A stretch of 64,000 nt of DNA from Podarcis tiliguerta (lineage: Eukaryota): NCBI GenBank assembly GCA_965153285.1, contig OZ229115.1; one strand, written 5' to 3'. The position numbers and the translations under genes are program-made. Each line of letters opens with the position of its first letter. Within the stretch, counting starts at the first letter, position 1. The notes under the pieces were generated by a model that saw only the letters and a program-made list of their open reading frames with translations, did not search any database and had not been told where the DNA came from. This document shows, piece by piece, positions 35,063 to 50,000 of the stretch.

Positions 35063-38000
35063 GTCCATCTACCATTCAAGAAAACAAGAATCATTGTCAT
35101 AGTTCAAGCACAGATTCGTGCCAGGCAAGAGCACTTGAGGCGGCTGTGGAGCACTACAGTGAGGGGTGTGACCTTGGGAAAATCTCAATGGCTGACTAGA
35201 AAAGGCTTTGGAGGTTCAGATTCGGCCTCTGGGCCTGAGGTTCCCCACCGTGTTCTACTCTGACTGGCAGTAGCACTCCAGGATTTCAGACAGGGGCATT
35301 CCCAGTCCTACCCGGAAATGCCAGGGATTGAACTTGGGACCTTCTGCATGCAAAGCAGATGCTCTGTCACTGAGCTATGGCTCTCCTGCTTGCTTCATCC
35401 AGCACTCTATGAAACCATGCAAATGTTTTGGGATGAAAATAGTGGCATACTTTTTTGATAGTTAAAACAACTGAGCCACAGTATCTACTTTGCAAATCAC
35501 AGATTCCCTGGTGTGAGAATCTGCAGTTTTGGAGCAATACTGATGTCAGGTCTTCTTGAAATGCACCACACCTCCTTTACATGGTACTAAGCTGCAGGAG
35601 ATCACCGTCCTGCTACATAGTGTCCAACCATCATTCTCAAAGAGCCTCCTTTGCACAAGCAGTACTTCCTTCATATTTTTCTCAGAACATATTGTCCTTA
35701 ACAGTTCAGTATTGTTTTGTCTCCTGCATATCATTGTTTGAAGGACTGAGAGGTGTTGTGGCAGACGTGCTGAACCAGTGCCTGGCCTTGATAATGGAAT
35801 TGGTGAGCGACAAAAAACTGAAGCTCAACTCAGACAAGAGATATGCACAGTCAGTAGGTAGCCTTCCCCCGTCCAGATGGGTCAGAATCCCATTGAAGAA
35901 ACAGGTGTGCAAACCTGGGGGGTACTCCTGTATCCTCCATTGTCAATGAAGGAACAAGTGGGCTCCATGCCGCCAAGTGCCTTTTAACAGCTTTGGCTGG
36001 TGGTCCAGCAGCCTTCCTATCTGGATACAGATAGCCTGGCTTGAGTGATGTGGTAATAGGATAGATTACTGCATTGTGTTTTATGTTGAAATACCTTTGA
36101 AGACTATTCAGTAACTGCAGCTAGTGCAGAATGTGGTAGCCAGACTGACCAGGACTAGCTGGCCTGAACATATAACTTCAGTTCTGGCTAGCTTGTGCTG
36201 ACTGTCAATATTTTTCCCCTGACCCCAATTCAAAGTGCTAATCTTGACATATAAAGTGCTAATCTTGACATATAAAGTCTTGGGTGGCTATGAATGCCAG
36301 CACTTCAAGGACTGCTTTTCCTCACATGAAGATGAAATCAATATCTGATGTCCTTCTGTGTACCCCCTCCAACAGATATTCAGAGGGTGTCAACAAGAGA
36401 AGCTACCCACAAATAATGGATTGTCCTTCCCCAAGATGCTTCCTTGGCACTGACTTTGTCACCTTCATAGTGCCAGCCAAAAACATTTTTATTCTCACAA
36501 GCATTTGGAAAGAGTTCCAATAGTCTGACTTTTGGTTATTTATTTTTAGTGTTCATTCCTATGAATGTGGGCTGATTATTTTTATATTGCTGGGTGGTTT
36601 TTGTGAATTTACACTTTTCATATTTGTTTTGTTCCAATGGCTTTTTATTGTGTATAAACTGCATAGTGTTGTAAATCACTGTGGGACTTTTTCCTGCATG
36701 AAGCAATTCATAAATTGATTTGGAACAAACCACTGATTAGTTTGCGGTGTCTATACTGCAGACAATAATTAAACTGGGCTTACCAGGTATTTTAGTATTA
36801 CCCATTTTTGAATTCAGCTTACAAGTATATTAGCACATTGCATTTTTACCACAATCACTCTTTTTTCTTCTATGGGCAATAGTCAACGTCACAGAATTGG
36901 ACCTCCACTCATGCAACTGGACTTCCTCTTTCCAATCCCCTGCACCTGCTACAGCTCAGCCGCCATAACAGATTTGCAGCATGTACAGAGGGCTGCAATG
37001 GGAGCAGGAATCCATTCCACAAACTGTAACGTGCCACTGGTAGATCAGTGGACATCACCCTCTTGTTTATTGAATGCTATGTCACCACAGCAAAATGAGC
37101 TTGGCATGTAAAGCATGGAGTTGTCCTGTATGCAGATACTGGATTTGACTACAAATCTTTAATGAAGGTTTAATTAAGAAAAACCTTTAATAGTGAAAGG
37201 GTATGATAGTGCAAACGTGTCCAATTTCATGCTGATTGCCTGTTTGGCTTCAGAGTACTTTGTCTATTGTAACTGTAACTTAATCTCATTTGTTGATGCA
37301 GTTAGCACATAAAAAAGGTAAGATCCAGTCTCCTCAAACATTTGGTACCATAGATCTGAATAAATCTTCCCCAGGAGGAATTATAACACTTTGCTCATTT
37401 CTCTTTACATAGTAGGGCTATGGCTCATTTCACCAGCCCCACAGGCTCCCATAGTCAAGAATCTCAGGTGAAAGGATCTCTATTACCAAGCTATTCCACC
37501 CTCCTCCTCCCAACAAGTTATCAGTCCCAACGCGGGTACTGGAAGATGTGGTCTTTGCAATTTCAAATATGCATGCTCTGAATGTCTGCCATTTCAGTTA
37601 AATTAACTATCCTATGGGGCCTTGCTCCAGCTGATGCTACAAGATAAGCACTGCTTTAACAGTTGGGCCAAAAAGTTCATTGTGTGTACAAATGAAATTA
37701 CAATTCTACAATACTTAAAACCAAATTAATCCAACTCTTCAAAATAGGGATAAGGCTCCACCTAATTATATATTTGGAATAGCCTTCTAAGCAAGGGGAG
37801 GAGGGAAGTAAAGTAAAAAAGTGTAATGATGTGACAGCTTTTGCTCCCATCATGTACAAAACAAACTGTGGCTTTGCAAGTAACAGAGGACTTTTTCCAA
37901 CTGGAACAAGGGTTAAGTACATCAAGAGTGGCAGCTCGGGACTGAATACTTGTGCTCCAAGTATGCCAACAATTCAAATTCCATTAAAAATACAAGTCTG

Positions 38001-41000
38001 CCCTTGAAGAGCTAGATGGGAAGGAAAGGCCTACTGGGTGTGTTGTGGGAACTCAGCTGAATGTTGTTTCCTTTCTTCACAATCCTTGACAGAATATACT
38101 TTAAGCAGCAATACAAATTCATGTAGATCTAAATTCTTGATTCTGATGTTTTTACTTCTGAGTGTTTGCAAAGTTGTTGTATGGTCCTGTGAAACTGTGG
38201 GTTGTAGGAAAATATTAGAGAATTCAGGATTAGAGAAATTTGTAGGTAAAAGTAAAGGACCCCTGGGTCCAGTCAAAGGCGACTATGGGGTGCGGCGCTT
38301 ATCTCGTTTTCAGGCTGAGGGAGCCAGCGTTTGCCCACAGACAGCCTTCCGGGTCATATGGCCAGCATGACTAAATCGCTTCTGGTGAAACCAAACACCC
38401 GTGATGGAAGCCAGAGCCCACAGAAACGCCAGACTGGGACAAGAATAAGTGTTTGCACATATTCTGCAATTATTTTTGTCCTGAGCTTCACAAATTTCTT
38501 CCAACAATCTGATCTTAAGTTTGCAGGCAACTAACTATAGGCCTTTCCCCTATACTGCAGAGAAAAAGTACATGGAACTTATATTTAGTTGTAAAATAAA
38601 GCCTGTACAAACCTACTCATAGAAATGCTACAAAAGCTTGGCTGCATTCTTAAAAGTGAATTCTACCATAACATCTCTTAATATATATCTATTCAGGTAA
38701 GAGAAAGAAATAGAACAGATGATGAATTTATTAATCTGTATGCTGTATCCTTATGCAATAAGATGCAGCTCCAGTTGGAGAAACAGGTTTAGCACAGCAA
38801 GAAGTACAGCAACACTAAGGACTGTGAAGGACCTGGTCACTTAATTCTTTCCACATGATCCCTCCTATGTATGTGGAAAAGCCTATGTGTGGATCTGGCT
38901 GTAAGCTTACAGAAATCAGAAGACATTTCCACAGATGAAGGAACACTTTTACAACTACAAGAAATGGATGCTGAGCACCATGAGCTATATCCTCACACCA
39001 TCCAATTTATACTGAGGTTATTCTGTGTAATCTGATATTGGGGTACAGTGAGTTTAGTGACTAGTAATCAAGTCCGCAAAAGTGCAATAGAATTTAGTTT
39101 CCTAGGCTGAGCAGTAACAACTGGATCAGTGAACTGGGGCTTAAGATTAGCACCTGATGACCATAAACTAAGAATTTCAGAAAATTTAACTCAAAACACA
39201 TGCCACAGTGGGGAAGACAAGTCACCCAAATGTTTGTATCCACCCCTCCTTCTCACATGCAACTCCCCCCCGGCACTTCATATTTGATAGCCATAGTTAG
39301 TCATCATTTCTGTGACATAGGAATAGAAAGGGAAGCCTGCTGCATGACTGGGTACTCCCAGTTACCAAACCACAACTTGTCTCAACTGAACCACCAGTGG
39401 AAGTGAAATGAACCAGAGGCTTCCACACATAAATCCTGAGTGTAACCAGTTTCAGTTCTTCTACAAATTCTCATTATAAGGCTTAACAGCAGGAAAGTAC
39501 CATCATCCCAGCTTTGAAAAAGGAGGGTGGGGCAAACAGTAGCATGGCTATTTCTCACTGCAACAAAGTAATCACCCATCTTCATTAGCATGGGATAAAA
39601 TGAAGTATTCAACTGCCATGTGTGAAGGGAAGAAGGGGAAAGGAGAAAGCACACAAGCTCAAGGACTGTACTTAAAAACATTTAACTGGTTTGTCCTTGG
39701 CTTCCTGCACATGGTTTGTTTAAGGTAAACAAGTCATGAGCCCCTGACTCATGATAAGCCAGATTCTGCCTTGTTTCCTGATGGTGCAGTAGGAGCAGGG
39801 GAGGAGCAATAACTTTTAAACAGGATGCACTAGCACCCTGTACATTCACGTTAAACCACAGTTTCTTTTAAACCAGTTTAATGCAACATGTGAATTAAGC
39901 CATTTCAGTCTATTGTCTACCTGTGAAAATGCTGATGAAGCAGAGATGGCCTGAATTTTTAGAATTTCACTGAGAATTATGGTTCCTCAGCCAGATTAAG
40001 TTCCAAATATTTAATAAAATAATAATAATTTATTATTTATACTATATGAGAAAATAGTATTTTAACAATGCTTTTTAAAAATGAAAATAGCTCCAATTTA
40101 ATTTGTTATAATTAAAAATTAATGCATTTAAATTGGAGAGTATTATGAAATGTCAAGGCAAATTATTCTTTGTATACAATACAAGGAAAAGTTACGCTTA
40201 TAAAGTAACAAAATATCTTTTATTTGTGCAGACTAAGTGCCAAACTCAGTTCAAGTTTCTCAAAGGCCTTGGCAGTTACTAAAAATAACTACATGAAATA
40301 TGCATTAAGACCTCAAGAGAGTTTACAAGTGAATACTTGAATTGCTGAAGAACAGCTTCCAAGCCAAAGAGTGATTTCATGCCAAAGTACAGCCACATGG
40401 CTAACTGCAACATGACTTATTTGTATCAAAAAGTGCTTCCATACAGCAATAAGCTTTTTTTTTTTACTTTTGCAGATACTATGCAAGCTCTAGCTAATTA
40501 AGCAATATGCAGTGCTAATTAAGCAATATGCAGCTGTCACAGAATAGACTTTATACAGAAGGGATAACTATGCTTAGGATAAACTTCATCTACACCTTTA
40601 CTAAAGTAATTGCTGGTGAAATTTAAAGGAGCCAACCCTTTCCTTGTAATGGGCACCTCTTGTTCCCAACTACAGGCAGAGTCGCTCTCCCCTTAACAAG
40701 AGTACCTACCCCTGTCTACAAGAATGTGAACCTCTGATCTATGGACAAAATTAGGCCCTGCATGGGTCACATTTGGTCTGTGAGGCCGTTTCCCCTAAAT
40801 CACACCTATCTAATCCACATCTGATGTTACGTGTGGAGCAGGTAGAGTCACAGTTCAATTAGATGCACAACATAGTTCTCCTTGGGGAACTCAACTGTGC
40901 AGCTTATCCTTGCAAAATATAGCTCGAAATCACCACCCGTCAGTGGATCAAGTTCACCACCCATACCCTACTCCTACAGATATAACTTTTCCAGCTCAAC

Positions 41001-44000
41001 CCTTTCTTTACAAGAGCTCCTGAGCCACCGTTGTGGTGTTCTATGGAGAGCAAAAAAGTAAGAAATTTGACAAAATTATCAACTTTGACTTTCTCTTTAG
41101 CCTTCAAACTATAGGAAGACAATCTCTAGGTGAAAAGCGAAGAGTCTCCTCAATTTCACCATTCCCCACACCTAACAAAAGCAAACTACAGCTAAAGAAA
41201 TTCTATCAATTTTTCAAGCACATGAAAATGACAATATTCCCCACTGTAGAATCTACATTGCTCCTCCCTGGACTTTTTAGCTTGGTGAGGCAGCTAAGAC
41301 CTTAACCACAATCCTGGTTTGGATGCCAAGTAAAAGCTTGGCTTAGCTATTCCAGTGTGCTAAAAATCTCGGAAAAGCAAAGCAGGTGCAAACTTCTCTC
41401 CAGAAGCATGTACACTCTGTCCCAATAAGTTACACATTTGCTTCTAGTTTGTATATATGCATTAAGTGCCCTACCCTCCTTGCACAATGTTCTGCAAGGA
41501 CTTTAGACTGAAAACAACTGCTGGATTTGGAGGGCATAGGAAGCATTTCCTATTGAATATTCTCAAAGCGTAACATCTGTAAAGCATCATTAAGAACAAA
41601 AGATCAAATGGGAGAATGGTTAACCACAGGGGATGGAGTCCACTCAAAACAACGCCACAGAATTCATTGCAATCACACTTTGATGCCTCCAGGTGCAATA
41701 TAGTTTACAGAATCAGTGGGATGTGACTATCCTTACTGTCTTAGCACCCTTCTCTAATTTCTGATTTTGCAGAAGTTCTGTAACCACTGAGAGGGATTTT
41801 CAGCTCAATAGAGCATGCACTTAGGAAGTGGTATTGATGGTTCAATGGTTCAAACATAGCTTTTGTAGTTTTCTGTCTCTAGTGGTGCCAAACTAAGTGA
41901 CAAACTAGACATGGTAACAGTAGATCAGTGTTTAATCCAGATTTGTCCCAATCATTTAGGAAGAGGGAGTGAGGGGAGGTATATGATCCCATGAGCAGAT
42001 GGCATGTATGCAAAAGCTGTTTGACCCTTCTTGCAATCTGAACTCAGCTGTTGAAAAGGCTTGGGAAGGAGGACAATATGGAAGTAAGTGGGAAAGGGGG
42101 AAGGGAGAGATCTATATTCTTCACCCACATACCCCTCTTCTGTTAAAACCAGTCTCTATTCGCTTTCTAATAGTGTGGCTCCAGGTTTAAACAAGCAGCC
42201 TGGGAGGGTGGGTGTGTTAATATTGATCAGAAAATAACTGAAAGAAATAGCCTCTCCCTCACCTGTCCTTCATTTAGGCTTTCATTCAACTAATTCCACA
42301 TTAATGTTTTTGGAAACGTATTACTGCAGTTGCTCTACATCCAGCTGAGGATTTCTAGTGCAGGATGGCAACATATGTGATTGGTTTGCTAGAAAACTAA
42401 TTTCTAAAGCAAGCAATTCAAAATAAGACTGACTGGTATCAGTCCTCCCTCCCTTCCCTTAAAGAACCAGATGTGCTAACTTCCTTCAAACATAAGCACA
42501 TGACCTCAAAATCTTTAATGTGTACAGACTCTCAAGCAGACATGTGAGAAAGAAGCCTGTAATACTTGATGTATAGCCATTCTGCGCTTCTACAGAACAC
42601 AAATCTGCAACAGTGCAAAGATGCGTTATTCAGTTTCAGAATTCCTTTAGCAAGTTTGCTACACTTCCTTGATATCTTTGTTGCTTGAGTGAAGGGCATC
42701 AACAGAATCCACATATATTTTCCAGAAGACTCCAGCTCAAAGAACAGATGTGAAATCTTGGACACTTGAAACTATGTTCATGTGCTAATCTTATGCTAGA
42801 TGCTAGATCTAACCCTTTTAGATCTCTAGTTCTGCATTCAAAATTCATTCAGAATTAATCTGTGTCTCACCTAAACAGGAATTGAAAGGAAGAAAAGATA
42901 TAGCATTCCTTTAACTATCTTGGGTTGTATCCAACTAAATACTTGTGCACGTGGGACAGCTTCATAAGAACTTCCTCTCCCCTTCCTCCTGCCGCACATA
43001 CCCCATATCTGCTCCAAGGGTTTTCTCAACCCTCCAGTGCAAAACTGGAGGTGATATGAGGGGGCAGGCAGAGGAGAGGGAGAGGAAGCTCTGTTGCATG
43101 CACAGAACTTCTATGAGCACAATTTTTTTGTTGAACAAAACCTGTTTTGAATCCAAGATGTTTCTTAACTAGCAACATAAAAACAACCAGTGCTAATGCA
43201 ATAGAGTTTATATATGCTTTTAAATAATATTCCTGCTCTGAATTATTGAAGGCAAGTAGCTGAATTAATGACACTTGCTTTCATACGAATAACATTAGAT
43301 GTGGCACAAGATGAACAAACTACAAGTGTGTTCTGACTTCTGGAGAATGTCCTTTTAGATTAAAAGCTGCAGTTCGTGACCAAGCCTGCCTTTTAGAAAC
43401 CAATGTTGTTTTCCATCTCCCTATTAATGACATCCCACTCAAATTTATAAAGCAGCATAGGAATTAAATTACTTGAACACCAGAGATACTCTTAACACAT
43501 CCTTTCTTATATTCTACTTTGGCAAGGAAGGGCTGTGAAATTTAAATATAAACTACAATAATATTAAAATGTGAACTAGAGTATATTAGAAGTTCTATAG
43601 GTGTGGTAGTAGCATAGTATGCAATGACTTAAGCAATGACTTGGTCTCCTACTTGATTCTAATAAGGAATGTGTCAGTGAAAATTAAGAGGCCTGATTAT
43701 AGAACCCTTACAATTAAGACTTGCATTCAATTATACTGGAATGTTTGGCTAAACATAGAATCATAGATTTGGAAGGGACCCCGTATGTCATCTAGTCCAA
43801 CCCCCTGTAATACAGGATTCTCAACTAGATTATACATGACAGGTGGCCTCCCAGCCTCTGCTTAAAAACCTCCAAGGAAACAATGTTTCTAGGGACAATT
43901 ACAGATAACCCAACTAGTTCAAGGGAAATACATATGATAAATAGCTTGGTACTTTATACAGTCATACCTCAGTAAGGGCATGCAGTTGTCCTTGATGTAC

Positions 44001-47000
44001 ACAGACGCCCATAAACCTATAAAACAGGAGTAAACAGCTTCTTAAAATGGGAAACAGACAGTGCATTTTGTCAACTTTAAAACAAGTTACCAGTGAATCT
44101 GACTCATTATGTTAGTAGCTGCTGCTTTAAAAATACAAATCACTAAGTATATTAGTTTCTGTCTAGCACTAGTATACTGAACCAATGTAGTTGAAGACGG
44201 GGAGTAGATTTCTAAATTCTGCCTATTCCTAAACATTTGTAGGATTTGGGGTGAGGACAATACTAACAGACACAACGTTTTACATTCATACATACAGAAA
44301 AAGTTTGGTGTAGAGAAATCAATGCTGTGTCTTAAAGTAGAAATGGACATCTTAACAAAGTGTATGTTTGGCCTGGCCTTAGCAATTGTCTAGCTAGATT
44401 TTATATCTACCTGGACGTTAGTATTGGTATACAAAATCTGGATTATGAGAACAGCAATGAAGATACCACCAAATGTTATCACACTGCCAGAAAAGACCAA
44501 CAAATAAACTGATAAGTTTTCTATTCATTTAAAATATAGATTCCACATGCCATAAAGGCTTAGGAATCGAATTGTTTACAGTTCATCTCATAACTGCAAA
44601 ATGTTATCAGTTTTAAATATGACTTTTATGAAAGTACCTTTGAGTTCTGTCATGACATTGAGCTATGTCATAACTCAAAATGGAACAATAGTTTAATTTT
44701 TAGTGTGGGGCAACTCTGGGACTTTATTTAGCATAAGAAGAAGTGAAAATGCACAATTTCAAAAATAAAGACCACAAGATGCCTGACAAAAGGAATACTG
44801 TAAAACTGACTTATGGAAAGTGTTCATTTATATATATTTTTAAGTTCTGTATGTTGCAAGAAACATGCGGTAGAATGTAAGCTGCTTTTGAGTAAACTTT
44901 CAGTACTCTTACCTATTAAGTGGTGGGGGGGGGGGGTTACAGGGATAACTTCATAAAGAGTTGAAGGAAAACAAGCAAATAAGCCTTCAGCTATGAAAAT
45001 CTGTTTGTGTTAATAGAACAATAAATTAGGCTCATTTTTTTCTTATCCAATATACAACGTTCTGCCTTCAAATGAAATAAAGCATAAAGAATGAAGCTAC
45101 TTCGGACATTATAGCACATGGAATCACACATGATAACTAACCAGCAAACTGACTGTATGGCAACTATGCCGCTACCTGAAGGCATATCAGAGTATTTAAA
45201 AGGAAAGGAAGTTATAGAACACAAACCTCAGAACCACATAAAAAATATAAAAAAAGCTTGACAACACATTTTTCACCTTCAAAATGTAACTTGTGAAAAT
45301 AGCAAGTGCTGACCATGAGTGAAAGCTATGACATCTCATGCTTTACTTTTTCAGCATTCCTAAAGTAAAAAAGATCCAGGATCCATTAAAACCCACTTTA
45401 TTTCGCGTAGTGGAGCAGAAACAAAGTCTGAAAATAATCCAGTTCCTAGTTTAATGAAAACGTGTTAGCACCAGCACTCCTTGTTGCCCTTCACTGCTGT
45501 TGTCCCACTAATTTTTGTGCATTTCCTATGCATACATACTCCCTCTTCTTGGAAAAAAAAGTCTTGTGTCCCCCCGCACCTTAAAAAAAAGCACCACTCC
45601 CAACAGAGCACATACCTATTTATTTATTTTTTATTTTCTTGCATTTCTATCCTCCCTTCTTCATGGAACTCAAGGTAGCATACGTGTGGTTTCCAGGCAG
45701 TCACCTATCCAAGTATTTACACTCATACACATACCTATGCAACAACATGCCAAGTGGGGAGGAGGAGAATCTTGAGGCAGGACTATTCAAATATGTTTAT
45801 GTAAGATGGAAATTTATATTTACCCATTCCCCTCTGTAGATGCCTCTGTCCATTTGCATTAACAAACAAACATGGAACTGGAAACCCCATGTTGGCTTCG
45901 ATTCCACCCTAGCCTCACAATTTTTGAGAAGAGCTGTGGTTCAGTTAAAAGGAGCTGCATGCAGAAGGGCCCAGGCTGAAATCCTGAAGAGCTGCTATCA
46001 GGTCTGACTCAGCATTAAGGCAGTATCCTATGTTCCTAGTTCCCAAAAGTGCAGTGCTAAGCACTTGAGTAGCATTGCACAGAGTCAGCCGTTGGAAATC
46101 AGGAAATTAGACAAGTTGCACTTCATTCATATGAACAGTTCTAGTTAACAGAAGTCACAAAGCTCAAAGTATACAGGTGCAATTGTAATCCCATTTTATA
46201 AACTCATTTGTACGAATATATTTTCCCCGTTTTCTCATTTAAATACAGGTTTAAATGGAACTGCATAAAATATTTCCTATGGAAATGATATGCTATAAGA
46301 AAGATAGATGTTTAGAGACTTCAGGAGCTTGTCACTATCAAAGCAGTTGTTTAATCATGCTAGAAAAAGAATACTGATTTAAAAGATGACAGTGGAGTCC
46401 TAATCATTTGCATGAGTATTTCTGGTCAAAATGCCAGTCATCACCACAACACATGTAGTAATATTATGTTTTGCAATGCTCTATTTGTGCAAAATAATTG
46501 CACTGTACTGTAACAAATATTCCACAACAAGCACTACCTCAAATATCATTTCAGAGGGGTTTCATTTAAATTTACAACCACTTTGTAAAACTGCACACTG
46601 CTATGTCTCACCCACCTCAAAGTCTTTGAGCTCTGTTCAATGCTCGAATCACTACTTCACACAGGCACAATGCAAATTAAGATTTAAACAACTAATATTT
46701 GTAAAAATAAATTACATTCTTCGGTGGCATGCAATATAAATAAAAGTCTCCCTGCATAAGTTTAAACACCGTTACCCATTTTAACATAAAGAATATAAGC
46801 CAATCCTCTTGTGCTCCCCTATGCAAAAGTGATTTATACATTTATAGTACATAAACTTGCAGACACATCTGCTCAATTTGCATTTTATCAACTGCAGATG
46901 ACAGGGCAGCTGTATTCAGTTTTTACTCAGAGCAGTCCCACTGAAATTAATGGACCCATATTAGTTATGGTCATTAATTTCAAAAGGTTTATTCTGAGTA

Positions 47001-50000
47001 AAAGTTAGTGGAATACAATACATAATATTTAATTAAGAATGCAGAAGGCCAAAAGAAAGCTAGTCAAAATTATTGTATAAGCTAATAGAAATGTATTTGG
47101 AATCAGGATGAGTCTGGGAATAAAGGGATAAACAAGAGTCTAACCACTGATCCAAAACTTAGCTCCGAAGTTTTGAGAGACAGTACCTGAATATTCAACT
47201 TTACCTCCACAAACATGAAGGATCATAAGAGATGGTACATGAAACTTGATTTGCATTCCCACATACAAACATACACCCCACCTTTCTTACTTTAATATGT
47301 TTGGATGTGAAAGTCTATTCATGAGCTGGACTTCTTTCAGCATATTTGCTCTGTTGCTGCTTAGTGTGTTCATCTTCAAAGCCATAACCTGATCAGATAC
47401 TTTGTGCCGCACCTAAAAGACAACCCCCGAAAAAGAAGCTATGAGTCACACAGTGAAAATGAATGGAAACAGTAATGGGCCTAACACATCTCAATAAGTT
47501 AAAATTACATTCTCTAATATGAAATGTGCACAATAGTAGTTAATCACCTTCTACAGATATTTAAAAGCATTTCTAAAACTTCAGAGATGTGCTTATGTAA
47601 CAATGGATTCCTTGCTGGTTCTCTTCCACTTTCAAGTAGACTATGTTAATTTATAGTAAAGCTGAGTAAGGGGAGTCAGGGGCGGAGGAAGGGGAGCAGG
47701 CCGTCCCAGGTGTCACCACTGAGGGGGGGTGACAAAATGCCAGGCGGCACTCACCGTGGGGGCTGCAGTGCACCCGAGCCACATATCTCTCCTGGGAGAG
47801 ACGCAGTGGCTTGGGCGCATGCAGACTCCGCGCTGCCCAAACGGTCCACCCGCTGTCTGCCCCCCAGCTGCAGGGTGACTGAGTGGGAGGAGGCAGGCAG
47901 ACTCCAGAGGCCCTGTGGCACCCCAGGCGCCCGAGCGGCTTCCTCCGCAGTTGAGGGGAGTATTGCCAACACCCTAAGACTCCACACAAATTGCCCTTTA
48001 AGTTAAGTTACCCTTCTCTATTCCAATTTTGCAAGTGGTCACAAGTGTTTAAGGCAGGTCCAAAGTTGGGGTTGCATCCAAGTAACTTTCACACAATGAA
48101 ATTAGTGGACCTAAATTACCGGTAGTCATGCCCATTCATTTTGATGGTTCTAATTTGAGCTGCACTGACACTGGATAAAACCCTTAATCTTTAATTGCAT
48201 GGAGGATGCTAGAAATGGTCTCTACATAATGAAGTTTTCACATCAGCACCATAACATGTAGCAAAAGCCATTACTTCATTCTTTTGCAGTTCTACAAATG
48301 AGGTCAGAAAAATTAGGGAAGTCAGAAAAACTTGGGGAAAGTTGTGTCCCTCTTTTCAGTTTCCCCCCTATTTGTTTCTGCAAAATTGAGGGAGGGCAGA
48401 AAGCAATGGGGGGGGGGATCAGCCCCCACAGCTCTGAATCACAGGTTGGCCAGTGCCACAGCAAAGAAAATAATCCACATGTATAATACCTTGTCTGACC
48501 CAACTGCACTAACTTCCAAGCAGTTTCTGGGCTCAATTCAAGGTGCTAGTTTTATCCTATAAAGTCTTATACTGCTCAGGACTTCATGCCTTACAGAATG
48601 AATTTTTCCATATGAGCCCAACTATGCCCTGAGAAGAGCGTCAAAGGCGTTTCTATGAGTGCCCTCTCCAGCAGTTGTCTGAAGTGTGGAGATGAGAGAA
48701 TGTTTCTCATCTTCAAGATAATTTAGTGATGTTGTTTTTTTCATTTGCAGCAGTTCGTTGTGCCCTCTTCCCTCTTTGGGGGCTATTTGTGGTGGTTAGA
48801 CTTACGTTAGGGGATAGAAGGATAGCTTTTATGGTTTGATTGCCTTTTATTGTGCTTTATTTTTAATTATTTTGTTTTTTATCTGTAGTATAGAGTATTT
48901 CACTACTATTTTTAGTCACTTTCAGACTCTTGAGCATAGCAACCAATAATAGTAAGTGGAAGAATTTCCAGTTTCTGTGACACACTGTAAATAACCCACA
49001 GACCTGAATCAATCCTGCAAAGCCCAAAGTTCTCATATCTGAGTTACCAAATTAAGTCATTTATAGGACTGAACAACAAAAATTGTCTGAGCAATAAAAG
49101 TAAAAAGTGCAACAATAAGCATATAGTAATCTAAAACTGAGCATTAAGTCATAACCAAATAAGATAAAACCAAATCAAATCAAATTGGTTTTCAGCACTG
49201 CAATGCGGACCGTATAGAGTGAAAGGGAAAGCCTTCTCTGCATATTCTGTGTTATTGGCATTTACACTGAACAAGACCGTTCTAACCCACCCTGATTTAT
49301 GTAGAGCCTTGAAAAACCTGCCTGATACCTATTCTTCTCTTGTGTCACGGGTACTTTAGATCCATAGCTGGTTGTTTTTTTCACAAGCAAACTGATTATA
49401 AACCAACTTGGAAACAGTAATGTAATCAATTAACTAAACATTTGCTACTCTATTTCTGCAGTAAAATCCTTGATTGTTTCCATGGTGTGTACATACATTT
49501 ATTTTGTCCTACTTTCATATCCGGTCAAATATATTGTGCAGGTTTTTAAGTTCCTGTAGTTCCACACTATATTTCCCACTATACATAGCTTTGAGCCAGT
49601 GAAACGCAATTTGTATATTGTCCTATATTAAGATCCGCATACCCAAGAAAAAAGTTAGCCTGCCAAATATTTTAGAAGGTTAATTTTTTAAAAGTAGCCT
49701 GAAGACATGTTTAACAGAAGATCAATTTTATGTGCATTTTCTTCTGCTGGAACTGAAGCTGCATTTATGTCAAGCCTTCCCCCCCCCCCCCCAAAAAAAA
49801 AATCTGAAGAGAAGATGGAGTGCAAGTCATTCATCAGTAGGCTACTGGCAACTAGTGCTGGAGTAGACTAATGAAAAGCACATGCATAATAGCAAAAGCA
49901 TTATTTGTGAAATGACTTCTTGAAAAGAAATTACTACATTGCTACTGGGCTGCATGGAGAGTGGGGTGCTTTTAACTTTGTGATAAATGTAAATGCTTTC

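Noticed and set aside
35320-35382. tRNA-Ala(TGC)-like sequence (also at 33755-33822 and 28890-28951)
   Set aside because: These are SINE heads followed by SINE body, without an intact acceptor stem; they are not tRNA genes.
47651-48006. GC-rich ORFs and a CpG-island-like patch (similarly 54523-54867)
   Set aside because: Explained by hAT MITEs with target-site duplications.
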